From the IMG/VR virus record IMGVR_UViG_3300024352_000023, positions 19,146-83,145 of that record: a stretch of 64,000 nucleotides of DNA; one strand, 5' to 3'. Each line of letters starts with the position of its first letter. The first letter of the stretch is position 1. This DNA is from a virus. The translations under genes were made by a program, and so were the position numbers. Shown in pieces: positions 35,809 to 44,786 of the stretch. The notes under the pieces were generated by a model. That model searched no databases and had not been told where the DNA came from. It saw nothing but the letters and a program-made list of their open reading frames with translations.

Positions 35809-36447
35809 TCAGTCGTCTGAGAAGGCAGCTTCTCCGATGATGGGAAATTGTTCGCAGAAAATTTTTCGGATGGCTCGTGCAATTTGTTGGTGCTCGAGTT
35901 GAGTTCCATTGGAGCAGCGGAGATCGAGGTAGTGGATCCACGAACGGAGTGTACCATTCATGAAGAGACGGGTCTGTGTCGATAGTGGCAAAACGGAACG
36001 AGCACATTCCTTTGCAATGCCATTGCTGACCATCTCACGGTAGAGATGCTCCGAGTTTTCATACAGCTCACTAATGCGTCTGTAGAAAGTACCAAGCATC
36101 TCAACAGGGATGTCATCAATGCTGTTCTGTCTGTTCTTCAGGTCTTGCCTGCGTAGGTGCGGGATCACAGCAGAGCCAAGCTCGCTGGTATCTGCATAAC
36201 GCTGGCTAAATTCCTGGAATGAGAACGAACGATGACGCAAGATTTGTGGTGAGATGGCACGTGTTGTTTCAATCTCAACGCACATGTTTGCCATTTCAAA
36301 TGGCGACCAGTGCTTATTGCGAATGAGGTACTTGAGTAATCGTGGTGCAGTATCCATGTTGTCTTGATTCTTCGGGGCTGATACCCGAGCCATCTTGACA
36401 ATCATTTCTTCTGCACTGGGCGTAACCCAAACAAGATCAACGTTCAT
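35809..36447 (-). CDS. thyX: FAD-dependent thymidylate synthase
   Basis: HWSPFE, RHRSFSFQEFSQRY, ECARSVLP; GGAGG before MNVDL. Confidence 0.97.
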   Translation of the reverse strand: MNVDLVWVTPSAEEMIVKMARVSAPKNQDNMDTAPRLLKYLIRNKHWSPFEMANMCVEIETTRAISPQILRHRSFSFQEFSQRYADTSELGSAVIPHLRRQDLKNRQNSIDDIPVEMLGTFYRRISELYENSEHLYREMVSNGIAKECARSVLPLSTQTRLFMNGTLRSWIHYLDLRCSNGTQLEHQQIARAIRKIFCEQFPIIGEAAFSDD

Positions 36448-36784
36448 AGTCATCCTCCAATCGTTCGATGTCGTCTTCTGAAATAATTTCACCGCACTGT
36501 ACTTCAACAATGCGGATGTCTTGATCTTGTGCAGTCAAACGATGGACTGAACGTTTGGGAATGTAAAGGTGTGTACCTTCCTTCACCAATTGTACGTGTC
36601 CATCGCATTCGAATAAGCCTTCGCCTGTCACCACGATCCAGTGTTCTGATCGATGTTGATGACGCTGGAGGCTAAGGCGATGACCTTTCTTGACATGCAG
36701 TTCTTTGACGAGATAGCCACGGAACAAAGCAGTTTGTTCTGGGGTCAGTGTGTAGTACCAACCCCAGGGCTTATCAACCTTCAT
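36437..36784 (-). CDS. Cupin, mannose-6-phosphate isomerase type II C-terminal-like
   Basis: KPWGWY, LSLQRHQHRSEHWIVV, HRL, EVQ.G...EDDIERLEDDYER. Confidence 0.85.
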   Translation of the reverse strand: MKVDKPWGWYYTLTPEQTALFRGYLVKELHVKKGHRLSLQRHQHRSEHWIVVTGEGLFECDGHVQLVKEGTHLYIPKRSVHRLTAQDQDIRIVEVQCGEIISEDDIERLEDDYER

Positions 36785-37083
36785 TCGATTTGAAATCCAT
36801 AGCCTTCAGCTTGTAGCTTAACAAGTTGATCGGCAGGACAAATCCGCATCTGCGCATGTTCTGTGGGTGACTGAAGGTGGTCCCATTTAATGAGCAGGAA
36901 CTTCTGTTTACTGCCACTGCGGTTGGGTTTGATGTTGATACCAACCACAGTGCCATACCGTTGAGTGCGGTACTGCTGGATACGATCCTTAACTTCTTGA
37001 CGAATCGCAAAGATTCCGTGTGCCTTGGGGCGTTCGGCAACACGTTCACCAATAGCGTATTGATGCTGGGCCTTAGTGCTCAT
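36781..37083 (-). CDS. Hypothetical protein
   Basis: Start MSTKAQ, packed ORF. Confidence 0.6.
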   Translation of the reverse strand: MSTKAQHQYAIGERVAERPKAHGIFAIRQEVKDRIQQYRTQRYGTVVGINIKPNRSGSKQKFLLIKWDHLQSPTEHAQMRICPADQLVKLQAEGYGFQIE

Positions 37084-37423
37084 AGTGATTGCAGTCGTAA
37101 GAATCAGCAGTGTCGTATTCAGGAAACTCAAATGCACAAGCATCGCCCTGGTTATGAGAGCAATCAGCGCATTTGATGATGACTGGTTGAGATGCTAAAG
37201 CGTTACCACTTAGCAACGCATAGAGCTTAGAGACAAGGATGAGGTTCTGCTGTGCTTCGTTATAGAAGTCAGCAGATACTTCATGAGTTGTAAACCTGTA
37301 GTCACAGCACTCGCATGCCTTGCGGCGGCGTGTGCCATGGGATGTTTTCCTGGATTCGATGATACGTAATCCAGGTTGTTTGCATTGAGGACAGTCAGGA
37401 AGGAGTTGCTTCTGAAAGGCCAT
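37073..37423 (-). CDS. NrdR-like N-terminal zinc-ribbon protein
   Basis: CPQC...RIIESR...RRRKACECCDYRFTTHE; no ATP-cone, second Cys cluster instead. Confidence 0.7.
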   Translation of the reverse strand: MAFQKQLLPDCPQCKQPGLRIIESRKTSHGTRRRKACECCDYRFTTHEVSADFYNEAQQNLILVSKLYALLSGNALASQPVIIKCADCSHNQGDACAFEFPEYDTADSYDCNHYEH

Positions 37424-37718
37424 CCGTTGAGTTGAGGTTTAACGAGTCAAGGTGATAGGCAGTTTGTTCTGCACCAATCAGTCGGAACGAATCTTTGATT
37501 AGTTCACTGTGTGGTGCGTCGAGATAGAACGCGTTGAGAAGTTGTTCAGCAGTTTCAAATGCATCGCATTTGCCTGTGAGTTTCATCATGACATCAGATG
37601 GCATGTTGTCCACAATCTTCTCGACCAGATGGTGACAGACGCGTTCCCACTCTGCATCTGGAATGCAATCGGCAATGAGTTCTGTTACATCTTTAACAAT
37701 CAGTGATTCAGAGATCAT
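37395..37718 (-). CDS. Hypothetical protein
   Basis: Start MISESL. Confidence 0.6.
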   Translation of the reverse strand: MISESLIVKDVTELIADCIPDAEWERVCHHLVEKIVDNMPSDVMMKLTGKCDAFETAEQLLNAFYLDAPHSELIKDSFRLIGAEQTAYHLDSLNLNSTDGLSEATPS

Positions 37719-37766
37719 GAAGAAAAGACCCCCGCTAGTGCAGGGGCCAAACATTCCGAGCAGATC

Positions 37767-38129
37767 TTAGGCAGCTTCTGCAGTGGTGTCTAGGGGCTCG
37801 TCTAGGACCCCTGACTCGCGGAGCTTATCGAGCATGCCAACCATAAGTGTGGCGTGTGCTCTGGTCTGTTCCATGAAGTGCTTAGCACGTTCTGGAGAGA
37901 TGGTATGGACAGCGCCGTTGGGTTCAACGTAACGCCAGCTTCCATCAGGTTGCGGTTCACCCTGGAGCGCAAGCCGCTCAGAGTTATGGACGTACCGCAT
38001 CTCAAGGTTGTGGTAATCCCGCAGACCATCGGAGCTAGTCCATGTAGCACCAAGGTTGTAGCGATTCTCTTCATCCGCATAAGCGTGGAACTCAGGGATG
38101 AGGGACTTAAAGGCAGCAAAGAATTGCAT
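37767..38129 (-). CDS. Hypothetical protein
   Basis: 120 aa with CTCAACTCA leader. Confidence 0.65.
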   Translation of the reverse strand: MQFFAAFKSLIPEFHAYADEENRYNLGATWTSSDGLRDYHNLEMRYVHNSERLALQGEPQPDGSWRYVEPNGAVHTISPERAKHFMEQTRAHATLMVGMLDKLRESGVLDEPLDTTAEAA

Positions 38130-38150
38130 GATGTTGAGTTGAGTGTGGGC

Positions 38151-38226
38151 TGGTAGCCGACCCCGGATTCGAACCGGGACTTGAGCGATTTTAAGTCGCT
38201 TGCCTCTGCCGTTGGGCTAGTCGGCC
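38151..38226 (-). tRNA. trnL: tRNA-Leu(UAA), short variable loop, CCA encoded
   Basis: GGCCGAC/GTCGGCT acceptor, AGCGA-CT-TAA-AA-TCGCT anticodon arm, CCCGG-TTCGAAT-CCGGG T arm, ACCA end. Confidence 0.9.
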
Positions 38227-38435
38227 TCACTTGGACTTACCTCTACATCAATGGATGTGGAGTGCCAAGTGTGGTCATGGGGTAATGGCTCAGTGCCATA
38301 CTCCCATGTGTCGTAGTCTTCCTCGTTACGAGGATCGTCTTCAATCAGGATGTACTTAGGTGAGTTGTCTGTGATGTACTCACCAATGTTTGCCATTGCC
38401 ATGGCAAGCAGTTGATCATCTGTGTAATCAGACAT
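38217..38435 (-). CDS. Acidic hypothetical protein
   Basis: 72 aa; its stop codon lies inside the tRNA 5' end. Confidence 0.55.
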   Translation of the reverse strand: MSDYTDDQLLAMAMANIGEYITDNSPKYILIEDDPRNEEDYDTWEYGTEPLPHDHTWHSTSIDVEVSPSEAD

Positions 38436-38444
38436 GAGTTAAAG

Positions 38445-38475
38445 GGGCATCCCTATAACGAGGATAGGATGCCCC
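38445..38475. other. Stable intergenic hairpin
   Basis: GGGGCATCC...GGATGCCCC inverted repeat. Confidence 0.55.
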
Positions 38476-38485
38476 TGCTGTGGCT

Positions 38486-40192
38486 TCAGCTATCAGATGC
38501 TAGCTGTTTCTCACGAGATTGCAAGGCTTGCTTGAATGCTTGTGAGTATTGCTCACGTTGCTCATCATCAAGGCGTTGGTTTGCAACACCTGCAATCTGA
38601 ACAACGTTCATGACACCCATGGATACATCCAGCTGGATGGTGAAGGTTGGCTTGCCATCAATCATGCAGAGCACAATGAAGTGCTTGCGTTTCTTGATGT
38701 CTTCTGCATACCTGGATGCAGAGCCAACACAGTTACGTACTGCTTGTCCCCACTGTGCAAGTTGGTGGGTATCCATTGGCTGGAAGAATGTCCAGTCACT
38801 GTCATCCACGTTGACCTTGATTGGTTGAGGGAACAGATCCTGGTGCAATGACTCCTTACGATTGGTTACCTTCCATGCTTCTGCTTGCACATAGTCATGG
38901 AAGTCAGGCATGCGCCAGCGCTTGGGTGCTTCAAGTTCCTTACCATTCTCCAAGATACGCATGATCATGGAGAATGTATCATTCATCTCAAAGAATGATT
39001 TGACATGGTAGTCGTAATCACTCCATGAGCTACGAAGTGCACCTGTCTCCGTTTCATTAAACTTGCGTAGCATATTAAAGAACGATGCAACGGGCGTGTT
39101 CTCCTTCAACCATTGGATAAGACGTTCGTCATACCTGAATTGGTTGAGATTAATACAACGCAGTTCATTGAAGTATGTACGATAGTGATCAATAGGGCAG
39201 TCAGGCCAGATTCGAATAATGAATTCAATAGAATTACAAGTCTGTTCAAATTCCTTGAAACCATACTTGATAGATTTACGTTGTGTATTTTCTGGACTGT
39301 TGTACTCAGTAGTTGAACGATCAAGCATTGCTTGAAGTTGTTTCTTGATATACGGAGTAGTAATGATTGTTTCAGTCTTGCTTAAACATGTACCGTAAGA
39401 CGAATAGCCATAGTCATTCTTCAGTAGCTTAGATGTTGCAATTAAGTTATCAACAGTGAGTTCATACTTGGTCTTGTCAGGTATAGGTTTGCTAAAGAAT
39501 GCAGGCATGTCGAGTGCATCAACAAGGTTGTTGCAACGCAAGCGATCAAAGATACCACGGCTATCAGTCCATTGAGGAATGGTTGTCATCAACTGAGATT
39601 CAAACCTATTAATTGTTTCATTAATGTCACGTGCTTTCTGGTAGTAACTAGCAATACCCATGGCACGCCAGTTGCGACTGTCTTTGCCATTGATGATGTC
39701 TTGCTTAGTTACTGTTGCAGAGTAAGTAAAGACTTGTGAACCACGACCAATGGTATGTGGAGTACAAGTTTCTATTGTCTTGTAAATATGATTTGGAACC
39801 TGCTTAGCAGCAGCTGCAGTGTTCTTGAATGCGTAGGCGTAGCCATAGACATAGTCTTCGCCTTTCTGTGGGAGCCATGCTGCGTACCAGCATTGCTCGA
39901 AGTGATAAAGGACAGCGATAGGTACAGTGCGTGCTTGTGAAGTTGCCACGTCCACAAGCTTGGTAAACAAACGAATACGCCCTGGTGCTAGCTGTGCATT
40001 GATATGATCAATAGCTTCTTGCTGATAGCTGGAGCGTACCACATCTTCAGGGATGAGATGTGGGATGTTACCCAGTGGATACTTAGCTTTCTTCGTAGCT
40101 TTCTTGGGTTGATTGTCTTTGACCAAAGCCTTGAGCTTTGGATCATAAGCAAGCAGTTCTTGTTGGAGATGAGAGGGAAGTTGGAAATGCAT
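38486..40192 (-). CDS. PcfJ-like domain protein
   Basis: C-terminal FHD...P....L..WG..VRNCVGS..Y, FTIQL, Q..G..N; start moved to MHFQL. Confidence 0.75.
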   Translation of the reverse strand: MHFQLPSHLQQELLAYDPKLKALVKDNQPKKATKKAKYPLGNIPHLIPEDVVRSSYQQEAIDHINAQLAPGRIRLFTKLVDVATSQARTVPIAVLYHFEQCWYAAWLPQKGEDYVYGYAYAFKNTAAAAKQVPNHIYKTIETCTPHTIGRGSQVFTYSATVTKQDIINGKDSRNWRAMGIASYYQKARDINETINRFESQLMTTIPQWTDSRGIFDRLRCNNLVDALDMPAFFSKPIPDKTKYELTVDNLIATSKLLKNDYGYSSYGTCLSKTETIITTPYIKKQLQAMLDRSTTEYNSPENTQRKSIKYGFKEFEQTCNSIEFIIRIWPDCPIDHYRTYFNELRCINLNQFRYDERLIQWLKENTPVASFFNMLRKFNETETGALRSSWSDYDYHVKSFFEMNDTFSMIMRILENGKELEAPKRWRMPDFHDYVQAEAWKVTNRKESLHQDLFPQPIKVNVDDSDWTFFQPMDTHQLAQWGQAVRNCVGSASRYAEDIKKRKHFIVLCMIDGKPTFTIQLDVSMGVMNVVQIAGVANQRLDDEQREQYSQAFKQALQSREKQLASDS

Positions 40193-40222
40193 GAGTTGAG
40201 TTCGTAGTTGGTTCGTAGTGTT

Positions 40223-40248
40223 GAGCAGTTTAACGTCGTACTCAGGAC
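40223..40248 (-). ncRNA. Leader pseudoknot repeat, copy 5
   Basis: GTCCTGAGTACGACGTTAAACTGCTC. Confidence 0.75.
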
Positions 40249-40257
40249 GTGATGTCA

Positions 40258-40998
40258 TTACGATTCAACTGTTAACAATTGAATGTTGTAATGTTTGATC
40301 CATTCCACCAGCTTTGCTGTGGCTTCTGGTGACTCCAGACCAATGCATCCACTGGTACCGGACTCACCGTTGAGTTTGCCCCAGCTTGGATCTTGGTGGA
40401 AGCCAAGGGCTGAACGGTTGGTGTTGAATAAAGGAATCACTGGTACCCAGAATCCTTTACCAAGTTCTGGATCATCGAATGGTGCACGGGCAATGCCGTA
40501 CCGATCGATGGAGTATGTGCCGATGGGCAGTGGTGATTTGTTGCCAGCAATGTTGCGATTCGCTGTTTGCTTAGAGGCACGTCCTGTTAGAGCAGGCATG
40601 CTATCCAGGACTTGACCGTTGGCAACCAACTGTAGTTTCCAGATTGGATCCTTGGTTTGCTTAACGGTCTCCTTGGTGCGAATCAGCAACAGCTTTGCTG
40701 ACGGACGATTGCGTGCAGGTGGGATGGGTACATTGTTCTTGAATTGGATCTCAGGACGCTCGGAGCCTGGCTCTGGTGGGGCACCAGGGGTTGGTGTGGC
40801 ATCGAGGGGTAGCATCCCATCAGGGACGCTGCGAGCCATATCACCAGGCCCTTGCTCTAGAGGTTGTGAGTACATCAATGAACGCAAGTGATCTTGCTGT
40901 TCATTGTGATGAGTAACCATGTTGTTGATGTTGTGGACTGCAACGGCAGATCCAACACCAAGTGCAGTTGAGATGAGTGCAATCATTGGTAGTTTCAT
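40258..40998 (-). CDS. L,D-transpeptidase (YkuD) domain protein with N-terminal signal/TM
   Basis: PLPIGTYSI, RSALGFHQD...GTSGCIGL (H..S.GC catalytic motif). Confidence 0.8.
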   Translation of the reverse strand: MKLPMIALISTALGVGSAVAVHNINNMVTHHNEQQDHLRSLMYSQPLEQGPGDMARSVPDGMLPLDATPTPGAPPEPGSERPEIQFKNNVPIPPARNRPSAKLLLIRTKETVKQTKDPIWKLQLVANGQVLDSMPALTGRASKQTANRNIAGNKSPLPIGTYSIDRYGIARAPFDDPELGKGFWVPVIPLFNTNRSALGFHQDPSWGKLNGESGTSGCIGLESPEATAKLVEWIKHYNIQLLTVES

Positions 40999-41001
40999 TG
41001 G

Positions 41002-41391
41002 TTACATGTTACCTGGCCCTGTGGGTGCAGGCGCTGAGTAGTATGCAGGAGCTGCATCAAAGTTTCCAGGTCCTGTGCTTGGAGCACGAGGAGGTGGCGG
41101 TGGAGGAGTAGGTTGCGGTACAACAGGTTGTTCAACAACAGTTGGAGTTGGTTGCTGAGTTTGTTGTACTGGTTCTTCTTTGGTTTCAGTTTGGGTCTGG
41201 CCGTCTTCTTTGAGCTTGGCTTCCCATTCTTGTTTCGCTTTTACCTGTGGGTCAGGATCAAGCTTGCCGTCCTGGTCAGGTTGATTATTTGGCATCAATC
41301 CACCAATGACCATTTGCATGGTGGCAACACCAGCACAGGCGATGAGGAAGCCAATGAAGACTGCGACGCCAAGGATGATCTTTCTTGTCAT
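41002..41391 (-). CDS. Membrane-anchored Pro/Gln-rich protein
   Basis: N-terminal hydrophobic helix and poly-Pro tail. Confidence 0.65.
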   Translation of the reverse strand: MTRKIILGVAVFIGFLIACAGVATMQMVIGGLMPNNQPDQDGKLDPDPQVKAKQEWEAKLKEDGQTQTETKEEPVQQTQQPTPTVVEQPVVPQPTPPPPPPRAPSTGPGNFDAAPAYYSAPAPTGPGNM

Positions 41392-41657
41392 CGGCAGAGG
41401 TAGTCAGAGCGCATCCAGCCAACGAGTCCGTTGTATTCAACGCGATACCAACGCATTTGATCACCGCCCCATACCCAGTCCAATGCCCGGAGGTATTGAC
41501 TGTTCGGTATGGAGGCGATGACTGTGTTGTTCTTGGATGGGCCATTGCGTAGGTTGACAGATGAACCAGGGTCCCTGGTACATGTCATGGCCCATTGTGC
41601 GTTGGCCGGAAGTGCGATAAAGAAGTTAAGTGCGAGTAGTGAAAGCCAGTGTTTCAT
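41388..41657 (-). CDS. Secreted SH3b-domain protein
   Basis: Signal peptide, VNLRNGPS, WYRVEYNGLVGWMRSDYL. Confidence 0.85.
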   Translation of the reverse strand: MKHWLSLLALNFFIALPANAQWAMTCTRDPGSSVNLRNGPSKNNTVIASIPNSQYLRALDWVWGGDQMRWYRVEYNGLVGWMRSDYLCR

Positions 41658-41678
41658 GGATAGGTAGATACTGTTAAT

Positions 41679-41704
41679 GGGCAGTTTAACGTCATGCCCA
41701 GGAC
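41679..41704 (-). ncRNA. Leader pseudoknot repeat, copy 6
   Basis: GTCCTGGGCATGACGTTAAACTGCCC. Confidence 0.75.
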
Positions 41705-41755
41705 AATGTGTTAAAGAGTTAGAACTTCTTTAACGTATTAGAAGTTATGTGTTAG

Positions 41756-42010
41756 TTAATCATATTCAACGAGTTGCCACTGTGGATCGAGCTGATCAAG
41801 ATACAGAGCGAAGCCATCTTCGTCAAGAGGAATCGGTTCGTCTGGATCCAGCTCGACAGTTGCTGTACAAAGTGCTGGAGCCCACTCTTCAGGATCAAGA
41901 TGAGTTGCTCGATAGAGTAGGCGCATTTCGTCAACAAGCGCTGTAACAGTGACATGAGTTTCAGTGAATTGAACGTCTTCAATAGCAAGGACTGAACAGT
42001 AGTTAACCAT
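41756..42010 (-). CDS. Hypothetical protein
   Basis: ATHLDPEEWAPALC motif. Confidence 0.6.
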   Translation of the reverse strand: MVNYCSVLAIEDVQFTETHVTVTALVDEMRLLYRATHLDPEEWAPALCTATVELDPDEPIPLDEDGFALYLDQLDPQWQLVEYD

Positions 42011-42195
42011 TAGCCTTCATCCACGTAGGAATACGTTTTGGTGATGACGCACTTGTACTTATTCCATGCACGAGCACTGGTGTACTCGGCATTGAAACGT
42101 TGTTCGTTAAGTACGTTGGCTTGTGCCCTGCGCACAGCGCATGCAGCAAGATTAATTCGATCAAACAAGTTGATGTCGTCGGTGAAAGCAGACAT
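42010..42195 (-). CDS. Hypothetical protein
   Basis: Start MSAFT after a CTCAACTCA leader. Confidence 0.55.
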   Translation of the reverse strand: MSAFTDDINLFDRINLAACAVRRAQANVLNEQRFNAEYTSARAWNKYKCVITKTYSYVDEG

Positions 42196-42217
42196 GATTT
42201 GAGTTGAGTTAGTGGAC

Positions 42218-42282
42218 AGAAGCTGGGACTTACACTGCCTCCTTCTGTGCTGTTTGCACAACGAGTACAGACGCCCAGTTCT
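42218..42282 (-). repeat. Hairpin family B, copy 1
   Basis: CTGGG-C...GTAAGT-CCCAG closing stem with internal loop. Confidence 0.55.
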
Positions 42283-42480
42283 TTAGATTAGCTTAATGTT
42301 TGGAATGCTTAGTCCAGTGCCAGGAATACTGACTGATCCTTTGACGCCATTGGGACTGGCGTTGAGAGTCAGCTGGAATGGACCAAGCTTGACTGCTTTA
42401 GTCAGTGATTTGACACCGTGTTCGGTGATGTTTACACCATGGATGGTGCGATCAAAACTGATGAGTGATTTCTTAGTCAT
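42283..42480 (-). CDS. DUF4236-like protein
   Basis: NITEHGV...GPF..N...G...SVSIPGTGLS. Confidence 0.65.
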   Translation of the reverse strand: MTKKSLISFDRTIHGVNITEHGVKSLTKAVKLGPFQLTLNASPNGVKGSVSIPGTGLSIPNIKLI

Positions 42481-42683
42481 TTGAGATCGTCTGGTAGTAG
42501 CGCTTGGGATTCTTCTTCGTCCATATTTGTCATAACAAATTTCTGTCCATCGGGGGCAATAAAGCCCCCTATGAATCCCATACCAAGACGATCGGATGTT
42601 TCCTTCATACGTGCAACTAATTGCATAGCTTGAAGTCTTTGCATATCCATGGAGTCTGGTATGCGAGGAGTGTTGTTAGTCAT
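42477..42683 (-). CDS. Hypothetical protein
   Basis: Start MTNNT. Confidence 0.6.
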   Translation of the reverse strand: MTNNTPRIPDSMDMQRLQAMQLVARMKETSDRLGMGFIGGFIAPDGQKFVMTNMDEEESQALLPDDLK

Positions 42684-42813
42684 TGAGATAGTGTGGAGTG
42701 AATGATGAGAGTCTACCAGGCTTGTCAAGGTAAGACCAGGGGTATGTAGATAAAGGTTCCTTATCTAATATAAGGTTTACCCCTGGTACTCCCCTGCGGG
42801 GGTGCAGGGGGGA

Positions 42814-43086
42814 TTACGAGTGCATAGCCTGGTGTTCTTTCCATGCAGCTGCGTGCATTTCTGCAGCAGTGATAGGTGGTTCACCTAGTTCGTTTGGTGT
42901 TGGGTCGTAGTCAAGTTCTTCCTCCAGCATGGAGATGATCTCTTCGACTACACCTTTGGTATGTGGTGCAAGATGTTCGTCCATCTCATGTCGCTTGCTT
43001 TCGCGAGCAAGGACATTCTTAAGGATGGAGCGTACTTCTTCCAGGTAGTAATACTCGTTTTGTGGATAAGCTTTGGCTTGTTCCAT
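42814..43086 (-). CDS. Hypothetical protein
   Basis: Start MEQAK; GEPPITAAEMH. Confidence 0.6.
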   Translation of the reverse strand: MEQAKAYPQNEYYYLEEVRSILKNVLARESKRHEMDEHLAPHTKGVVEEIISMLEEELDYDPTPNELGEPPITAAEMHAAAWKEHQAMHS

Positions 43087-43113
43087 GATTGGTTTGGTGT
43101 GGAGTGAATGTAA

Positions 43114-43158
43114 ACCCTGGGACTTACGCACCGTACTTACGTCGATGCTGCCCAGGGT
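43114..43158 (-). repeat. Hairpin family B, copy 2
   Basis: ACCCTGGG-CA-GCATCG...CGGTGC-GTAAGT-CCCAGGGT. Confidence 0.55.
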
Positions 43159-43173
43159 ATGTCGGTATAACAC

Positions 43174-43425
43174 TTACGTTGACTTGGGATCAAGCATGAT
43201 CCAGCCAGTGTAGTTAGCACTGCTTCGGTCAACGCGTATTAAACCGTATTGTTCCAGTTTGATCAATGCGTTGAGGTATTGATCAAGCCTGGATACTTGA
43301 GTTGAACACCGTGGTACATAACACGGTGTGTTCTTATGTCTCTTCTTGTGTGCCAAGAAGTAGAGATAAATGTTGCGTTGATTGATGGTCAGTCCCCGAA
43401 CCTGAGGCAGTGCTTCTGTTGTCAT
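43174..43425 (-). CDS. Hypothetical protein (possible winged helix)
   Basis: LTINQRNIY...AL.KLEQYGLIRV. Confidence 0.55.
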   Translation of the reverse strand: MTTEALPQVRGLTINQRNIYLYFLAHKKRHKNTPCYVPRCSTQVSRLDQYLNALIKLEQYGLIRVDRSSANYTGWIMLDPKST

Positions 43426-43793
43426 CAGCAGTAGTGTGGTTTGGATTCGGGGTAGACCTTAGCGAAGTCGTTGGCGAAGTTGACTTCGTAGTTGTGGTAC
43501 GTCGTCGAGAGCCCGAGGCTTGGCTGGTCTGCGATCTCGTACTCGTCGAAGTATTGGATGAAGGTTTGGACCGCTTGCTTCTTGGAGAAGATGCAATGGG
43601 TGAGGACTGGGAGTCCTGCCTGGTAGTACCATCCACCTTCCTCTGGACCGCCGTAGTTGAGCGTGGTTTCGTGGACGGTGACAGTCGTTGGGTCTTCGTG
43701 TTCCCAGTCCTTGTGGGTGTTGTAGCGCTGGATTGCGTAGCGCAACTTGTAGGACTTGGGGTAGTACTTCTGGAGTTCAGAGAGGTAAGACAT
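43425..43793 (-). CDS. Conserved phage protein
   Basis: YGGPEEGGWYY...P...PHYC motif. Confidence 0.7.
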   Translation of the reverse strand: MSYLSELQKYYPKSYKLRYAIQRYNTHKDWEHEDPTTVTVHETTLNYGGPEEGGWYYQAGLPVLTHCIFSKKQAVQTFIQYFDEYEIADQPSLGLSTTYHNYEVNFANDFAKVYPESKPHYC

Positions 43794-43880
43794 TGGATTG
43801 CGTCGATGAGTTCAGTGATCAGGATTAAGATGATAGCGATGATAACAATGACGATGTCAGTGTCATCTTGCTGAGTGTGC

Positions 43881-44090
43881 TTAGCTTTGGTCATCGTGAA
43901 AGTCCTCCATTGGTTCGATGAATTGGAATTCGGATTGATCTGCTTCTCGCATGGCTTCTTCTAGTTCGTGTGCACGATCAGCCATGGCGTCAAGCAAGTC
44001 AGAGTTGTAGTTGTTATCAAGATCTGCCATTGATTCGTCGGCAAGCCAAGGAAACATGGCATCTTCTTGAAGCATGTCAATGTTTGTCAT
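43881..44090 (-). CDS. Acidic hypothetical protein
   Basis: 69 aa downstream of a leader repeat. Confidence 0.6.
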   Translation of the reverse strand: MTNIDMLQEDAMFPWLADESMADLDNNYNSDLLDAMADRAHELEEAMREADQSEFQFIEPMEDFHDDQS

Positions 44091-44113
44091 GGTTTGAATT
44101 GAGTGAATTGGCT

Positions 44114-44139
44114 GAGCAGTTTAAGGACATGCTCAGGTC
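44114..44139 (-). ncRNA. Leader pseudoknot repeat, copy 7
   Basis: GACCTGAGCATGTCCTTAAACTGCTC. Confidence 0.75.
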
Positions 44140-44170
44140 CATGAATGATATGTATGTACTACTGCGGTAG

Positions 44171-44671
44171 TTAGATCTTCACCTGGGTCCAGGATGTACC
44201 CTTGTGAATGTTAGAGATTGTGTGGTGACTGACGTTGTACACACGTGCAATCTCTTCGTAGGCTTGCTGCCTTGACTTAAAGCGATTCATTGTCGCTTTG
44301 TCGGACAGCATCAGCTTGATCTCTCGTACCTTCTGGTTATCTAACTTGTAGTTACCACCATGAGGTACAGGCTTCTTAAAAGATCGATCAGCTGTAGTTC
44401 CTTGGTCCTTGGAGGCAAGCTTCTCGAGATAAGCTAAGCTTGCTTCTCGTTGATACTGAGATTGAATCTTGGCATCTTTAACAGCCATCATCTGTGGTGC
44501 CGGCTGTTGTTGGAGGGGGACTGGGGGAGTCGTATTGAAGACAGCTTTGATCGGAAAGCCCAGTGTCACTGATGCACCGTCTTTCGTTACCGAGACAGTG
44601 ATCTTGCCATCCCTGGTGATGACAGAGACGTGATCAGGGCTTTGAACGTCAAGTTGGCTGAGGGGTTCCAT
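44171..44671 (-). CDS. Protein with C-terminal HTH DNA-binding domain
   Basis: KL...KVREIK...EIARVYNVSHHTISNIHKG.SW; start MEPLS. Confidence 0.65.
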   Translation of the reverse strand: MEPLSQLDVQSPDHVSVITRDGKITVSVTKDGASVTLGFPIKAVFNTTPPVPLQQQPAPQMMAVKDAKIQSQYQREASLAYLEKLASKDQGTTADRSFKKPVPHGGNYKLDNQKVREIKLMLSDKATMNRFKSRQQAYEEIARVYNVSHHTISNIHKGTSWTQVKI

Positions 44672-44786
44672 GGCTTTGATTGAAGTGAGTGCGATGGATG
44701 CAGATAGAGGATAGCTGGTACATACATGGATGCAAGTACCAGCCGTAGCGTCGGGATTCTTGAGAACACCAGATGTGTGGTGTGAG

